Origin: Promethearchaeota archaeon
GTDB lineage: Archaea; Asgardarchaeota; Lokiarchaeia; Sigyniarchaeales; SOKP01
DNA: 64,000 bases
Direction of reading: 5' to 3'
Assembly: GCA_016839555.1 (NCBI GenBank)
Contig: JAEOUA010000007.1
Location: 160,001 to 224,000, forward strand
This document shows, piece after piece, positions 59,251 to 64,000 of this stretch. The position numbers and the translations under genes are program-made. Each line of letters starts with the position of its first letter. Positions within the stretch are counted from its first letter, which is position 1. The notes beneath the pieces were generated by a model. The model saw only the letters and a program-made list of their open reading frames with translations. It was not told the origin of the DNA and ran no database searches.

Positions 59251-60381
59251 TTAATGTTCTGCTATAATTTTGTTGCTAAGATAAGTTGCTAATCGTGCGA
59301 TTTGTATTTTTAAGCTGAAATAGGGACCTACCTTTATATACATAATTTTTAGAAGAATAAAAAATCCCAATAAAATCATTATTGATACTATTAATCCTAT
59401 AAGAGGAGTAAATCTATCATACACGAGATAAAATAGAAAATGTTGCATTAAATATGCGGTCAATGAATAATATGAAAAATAATAAAAGAATTTATATTCT
59501 CTCTTAAATTTAAAGATTTCTAATTTTTCAATAGAAAACAAAAACAAAAAAAGAACAAGATCCGCTCCTAAAGAATATAATAACCATGAATATGTATTTA
59601 TTGTAAAAATATCGGCTGGAAGAAAAAATGCAATAACCATTAATGGAATACTAATTAAAAGGATTGGTTTTGCGAGTGATTTTATAAATTTTTTATCTGG
59701 AATTTTAGTTTCTTCGTTAATTGATTTTTCATATAAAATTTCACCTAATACATTCCCAAAAAGAAAAAATGGGAAGTATAATAATATTGGACAGAAAATA
59801 AACCCATTATAGAAAATAAAATAAAAGAAACTTAAAGGATCTGATATTATGAAGCGATCTCCGGGGCCACTTAACATTTCCGGGTCAATAAAGGCAAATA
59901 AAACATAAAATAAAATTAATAGACTAATTCCAATTATAATTTTTATTATTTTTTTAAGCTTTCTTAAGGGCCATATTAATAACATAGATACGGCAAGCGT
60001 TTGAAAGATAGTCCATAACCATAAATCTTCAAATCGCTTCCAAAAAAGTAATTGTTCTAAATTATAAGAAAATACTCCAATAAACAAAACTATTAATGCT
60101 CTCAGAAAATGTCTTAAGCGGAGTTGTTTATAATCATAATTATAAGAACTCTTATTTTTTATGGCCTGAATTCTTTTTTGATAAGATAGTGTAAAGCTTA
60201 CACCAGAAATCAATATAAATCCTTCTGCTTCTGGTGAAATATAATAGAGTGGTCTGGTTATTATTATTAGAATTATATTGGGAGTATATCCAGATGCCAT
60301 CCCCCATGACCATGTATGTGCAACTATTAAATATGCTATTATGAAACCCCTATAAATATCAATACTTTTTAATCTTTCCAT
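59251..60381 (-). CDS. DUF1624/HGSNAT-like membrane acyltransferase, copy 2
   Basis: RLKSIDIYRG...IVAH; shares SPEAEGF, IFQTLAVS and YFSYYSLT with copy 1. Confidence 0.75.
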   Translation of the reverse strand: MERLKSIDIYRGFIIAYLIVAHTWSWGMASGYTPNIILIIITRPLYYISPEAEGFILISGVSFTLSYQKRIQAIKNKSSYNYDYKQLRLRHFLRALIVLFIGVFSYNLEQLLFWKRFEDLWLWTIFQTLAVSMLLIWPLRKLKKIIKIIIGISLLILFYVLFAFIDPEMLSGPGDRFIISDPLSFFYFIFYNGFIFCPILLYFPFFLFGNVLGEILYEKSINEETKIPDKKFIKSLAKPILLISIPLMVIAFFLPADIFTINTYSWLLYSLGADLVLFLFLFSIEKLEIFKFKREYKFFYYFSYYSLTAYLMQHFLFYLVYDRFTPLIGLIVSIMILLGFFILLKIMYIKVGPYFSLKIQIARLATYLSNKIIAEH

Positions 60382-60637
60382 AATACAAATGTTATTTTTT
60401 CATTTAAATAGATAGTTTTTAAAGTTAAAATTTTATTGAATAATTCTATATAATTAAACCTTGAAAAGGTGCATATATTTCTTAGGATGTGTATTTTACC
60501 CTTCGAAATATTAAGTAATATAATAAATATGTATTTGAATAAAAATATTCCATATTAAGAGTGGTTTAAAATAATTTTAAAATTCCTTAAAATTATATTT
60601 CGAAATTTAAGTTTATATTAAAAACTAAGATAAAAAA

Positions 60638-61231
60638 TTAAGTGAGTTTTTTTCCGCAATATGGGCAATACTTAAATTCAAGATCGCGGCCACAATAAGG
60701 ACAATATTTTGATGGCCTTTTGGATTGAGCAACCTCAGTTTGCCCTTTTTGGGGCTCCTTTTGCATTGTTGGTACCGCTGAAGGTATTTCTGGTAAGATC
60801 CTTTTTGATCCCGCCATTTCTGTTTTTTCTTTTTTACGGGTTTTCATTCTTTCCTGGAAAATCTTGCGTTTTTCTTCTTCGCTCGTTGTATGTTTTGTTT
60901 CAAATTTTTCCTGTGTTTTAGAGCTAATCGCTTTTATCTCTTTTTTTTCTAATTTTTGTTTAGCCTGATTCATTAACGCTTGGGCAGATTTCATAACTTG
61001 ATGGGGGTTGATATTGGGAATAGCTGAGGCTTGTAATACCCATCCTACAATATAATTTATATTGGGGGTACTTTGCCCCTCATCCAATTCATAAACTTTA
61101 GATGCTAATACATTATTCCCTTTTACTAATCTACTGGCCCATTGATTATTAATAAGGCCCAATTGGATTTTATAGGAGGTTCCGGAAACCCCTAATTGGT
61201 TTGTTAATGGTTCAAACTCTCCTTCTACCAA
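60638..61231 (-). CDS. Hypothetical protein with C-terminal zinc ribbon
   Basis: Globular N-terminus, charged linker, YCPYCG-x5-YCPYCG; TTG start. Confidence 0.75.
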   Translation of the reverse strand: MVEGEFEPLTNQLGVSGTSYKIQLGLINNQWASRLVKGNNVLASKVYELDEGQSTPNINYIVGWVLQASAIPNINPHQVMKSAQALMNQAKQKLEKKEIKAISSKTQEKFETKHTTSEEEKRKIFQERMKTRKKEKTEMAGSKRILPEIPSAVPTMQKEPQKGQTEVAQSKRPSKYCPYCGRDLEFKYCPYCGKKLT

Positions 61232-61502
61232 TTTAGATGCACTATTGTGATTTTATTAATTTTTATAATTTTATATGGTTATTATAAAGTAATAAATGAA
61301 TATATATTAATCCTATTTACAATAAAGAATAATTTTAGATTTTTCAAGTATTCTGTTTATATTTCACTTAATTGAATTTTCTTTGTTAACAATCTAATAT
61401 CACTTTTTTTACTATCTTTTTTCATATTTTTGGTAAACTATAAATAAATAGACTTGTATTTATCAATAAACACTGAATTAACCAAATATAAAAAAATAAA
61501 GT

Positions 61503-62456
61503 ATGACTATTATAATTCCTAAAAAAGCCTATAACACGATTGTAGCCTCCTCAGTAAGATATGCTAATTCTCGCTTCCCTCAAGATGATTGGTTAGAGGT
61601 CTATGGAGTATTCACGGGGAAAATAGAGAAAGATGATTTAGTTATCTCAGCAGCATATCCCATTACCCACCAAGAAAAAAAACCAGAAGATATAATAGAT
61701 AAAGTTTATTGGTCTGATGAAGATTATGAATCTTTTAGTATAATTGATGATGAAGCCTTTTCGAAAGGACTTTTTACCGTAGGATGGTGGCATTCTCACC
61801 CTGGTTTTAAAGTAATGATGTCTCAGCTTGACGTAAAAACAACATTATCTTATCAACAAAATAATCCGAAAGCAATTTCTTTAGTTTTCAACCCAAATCG
61901 TTTAATACGTCAAATTGAACTACCCTATAAGAAAGGAGACCCCGTAAAGCAGTTAAAAAATGATCCTGGTTTTAAAATTTTTCGATTAGATGATGTAAAC
62001 AAAGGAATTGAAGCATCATATCATGAAGAGATATATGAAATACAAGGTTATGAAAATATGGAACAATTAATAAAGGAAACCCAGAATTTTATTATTAATG
62101 TGACAAATTTTTTTCCAAAAAACAATATATTCGACCATTATCAGAGAATTGTTGATAAAAAAATAAATGAATTAAATTCTAAATTAATGGGTACAGAATC
62201 TTACTTAAAAACTCTAATTCAAAAAGGAGAAGCACACCGAACTAAAGAAGTATTAAATAATCAGATAAAAGATATTCGAAAATATGTTGCTCAGACTTAT
62301 ATCGCTATTGAAAATATCAGAGAATTTATGGATTATTTAGAATTTAAGGAAAGGGATAAGGTAATCACGAAAGTCCAACAAATTCTAGTTCAATGGGATG
62401 ATGCTGCTTCAAATTCTTCAAAAAAATTTGATGAAATGGCAAAGAATTACACATGA
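61503..62456 (+). CDS. MPN+/JAMM isopeptidase with helical C-terminal extension
   Basis: EVYGVFTG, VGWWHSHPGFKVMMSQLD; DPGFKIFRLDD shared with 56211-57761. Confidence 0.88.
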   Translation: MTIIIPKKAYNTIVASSVRYANSRFPQDDWLEVYGVFTGKIEKDDLVISAAYPITHQEKKPEDIIDKVYWSDEDYESFSIIDDEAFSKGLFTVGWWHSHPGFKVMMSQLDVKTTLSYQQNNPKAISLVFNPNRLIRQIELPYKKGDPVKQLKNDPGFKIFRLDDVNKGIEASYHEEIYEIQGYENMEQLIKETQNFIINVTNFFPKNNIFDHYQRIVDKKINELNSKLMGTESYLKTLIQKGEAHRTKEVLNNQIKDIRKYVAQTYIAIENIREFMDYLEFKERDKVITKVQQILVQWDDAASNSSKKFDEMAKNYT

Positions 62457-62595
62457 ATTTTTATTTTAACAAAATTTGCTATAATCAAAATTATTTAGAA
62501 AGCTGTTTTTTTTAATATTAAGTAATTATTTTTCAGAATTTATTAAAAAGAAAAAAGGAAATTAAAAATTTAAAGCATTTAGGTGTTAAATTATA

Positions 62596-64000
62596 TTGAT
62601 TTTTCGAAAGAACTTCCCCTTTACGGCGATTCTTGGACAAGAAAAAATGAAAAGGGCTTTAATATTAAATGTTATTGATCCTCAAATTGGCGGCGTACTC
62701 TTGCAAGGTCATCAAGGAACAGGAAAATCTACAGCGGTACGCTCGCTTGTTGAAGTTATGCCTCAAATTGAGGTAGTTGTGGGATGCCCCTTTTCTTGTG
62801 ATCCCAACTCTGATATTGATGAATTATGTGTGGAATGCCAAGAAAAGAAGGAAAAAGGAGAACTTCAAACAAAAAAGCGAGGAATGAAGCTGGTTAACCT
62901 TCCTCTTGGAGTTACAGAAGATATGGTGTGTGGTTCTCTTTCAATTGATAAAGTTCTTGCTGAAGGAATATCTGAATTGCATCCAGGACTCTTGGCGAAA
63001 GCAAATCGTGGTATTCTCTATATTGATGAAATAAATCTTCTCCAAGATCATATAGTAGATACATTATTAGATGCATCTGCTTCTGGTATTAATATCATTG
63101 AAAGAGAAGGAATTTCAGTGACACATCCCGCAAGATTTATATTAGTAGGAAGCATGAATCCAGAGGAAGGAGAATTAAGGCCACAGATCGCAGACCGTCT
63201 CGGACTTGAAGTAAAGATAGAAGCTCCCCGTGATCCCGAACTACGGGCAGAGATTACCAAACGCGTTATTGATTTTAATGATACTCCAAGGGAATTTATA
63301 GAGCGCAATGAAGAAGAACAAAAAAATTTAAAGGAACGCATCAGAAAAGCAAGAAAAATCGTAAAAGATATAAAAATTCCCAGTAATGTTTATGAACTAG
63401 TTTCTAAAATAGTAAATGAATTAGAGATTTTTTCTCAGAGGGCAGATATCACATTTATTCGATGTGCACGTGCTAATGCGGCTTTTAATTTGAGAAACGT
63501 GATTAGTGCAGAAGATTTAGATTTTGCAATGGATTTAGTATTTGAACATAGAATAAAATCATTACATTATGAAATGACTCCCAAAGAAATTAAAGATAAA
63601 TTAAAAGAAGTTTATGGAAAAATTCAAGAAGCTTACGAAGATCCCAATATTTATCAGCCGAATGATGAAACTGAAGGGCCTTTAAAGCATTCTGATGAGC
63701 CTCAAAAAGAATTTAAACGACAATCTTTAGACCCAGATAAAGTAGATATTCCAGAATCAGAGGAGCAAAAATTCCCACCTCCTAAATATGAAGATAAAAG
63801 AAAAAGAGATGCCAGTCCAGCTGGCGGTTGGAAAGTAAAAGATATCCCCTCAGATGAGGACTTTAATTTAACATATGATGATTTCAATACCATGCCTTTT
63901 ATCTACAGAATGGAGAAAAAAATGAATTCAATATTAGATGGAATACGTAAGCAAAGAAAAATATCAGATTATGGTGGGAGAGGAATTGGAAGAAGAATCA
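62596..64000 (+). CDS. Mg/Co-chelatase subunit ChlI/ChlD-like AAA+ ATPase (3'-truncated by window edge; absent from ORF track)
   Basis: TTG 62596 after AGGTG; translates FPFTAILGQE, GHQGTGKST, PGLLAKANRGILYIDEINLL, GSMNPEEGELRPQIADR, then an acidic/Pro linker; open to the window end. Confidence 0.88.
   Translation, partial: MIFRKNFPFTAILGQEKMKRALILNVIDPQIGGVLLQGHQGTGKSTAVRSLVEVMPQIEVVVGCPFSCDPNSDIDELCVECQEKKEKGELQTKKRGMKLVNLPLGVTEDMVCGSLSIDKVLAEGISELHPGLLAKANRGILYIDEINLLQDHIVDTLLDASASGINIIEREGISVTHPARFILVGSMNPEEGELRPQIADRLGLEVKIEAPRDPELRAEITKRVIDFNDTPREFIERNEEEQKNLKERIRKARKIVKDIKIPSNVYELVSKIVNELEIFSQRADITFIRCARANAAFNLRNVISAEDLDFAMDLVFEHRIKSLHYEMTPKEIKDKLKEVYGKIQEAYEDPNIYQPNDETEGPLKHSDEPQKEFKRQSLDPDKVDIPESEEQKFPPPKYEDKRKRDASPAGGWKVKDIPSDEDFNLTYDDFNTMPFIYRMEKKMNSILDGIRKQRKISDYGGRGIGRRI

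Noticed and set aside
1653-63893. About 35 short ORFs in the track overlapping longer genes (e.g. 12482-12841, 16676-16939, 40811-41191, 63048-63341)
   Set aside because: Antisense or off-frame shadows of well-supported CDS, with no motifs.

Overview
Strongly AT-rich archaeal chromosome segment. Gene content (GPN-loop GTPase, Arf/Rag-like small GTPase, three MPN/JAB proteins, PAC2 paralogues, RING and PCI-like proteins, intron-containing tRNA) points to an Asgard archaeon, probably Lokiarchaeia; this is an inference. There are about 50 CDS, many housekeeping or metabolic (glnA, rpiA, purE, thiolase, dut, acdA, gatC, sufC/sufB-like, thrC, GH3, corrinoid protein plus methyltransferase), and one tRNA-Ala(GGC) with a 41-nt intron. 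No CRISPR array, rRNA, transposase or integrase was seen. Main candidates: (1) a translationally coupled MPN+/MPN- paralogue pair with long helical tails, resembling eukaryotic Rpn11/Rpn8, CSN5/CSN6 or BRCC36/Abraxas, with a third MPN+ gene and a ChlI/D-type AAA gene nearby; (2) a receiver domain fused to a longin/uDENN-like domain next to an Arf/Rag-like GTPase; (3) a membrane subtilase with site-1-protease-like architecture; (4) a GC-richer SIR2-TPR gene with ten near-identical repeats that vary at fixed positions, bracketed by a 21-bp direct repeat; (5) a candidate ~160-nt structured ncRNA with its own TATA box; (6) a probable non-AUG start in the GPN GTPase and a probable non-canonical 38/39 tRNA intron. 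All family calls come from motifs read by eye; no searches were run.
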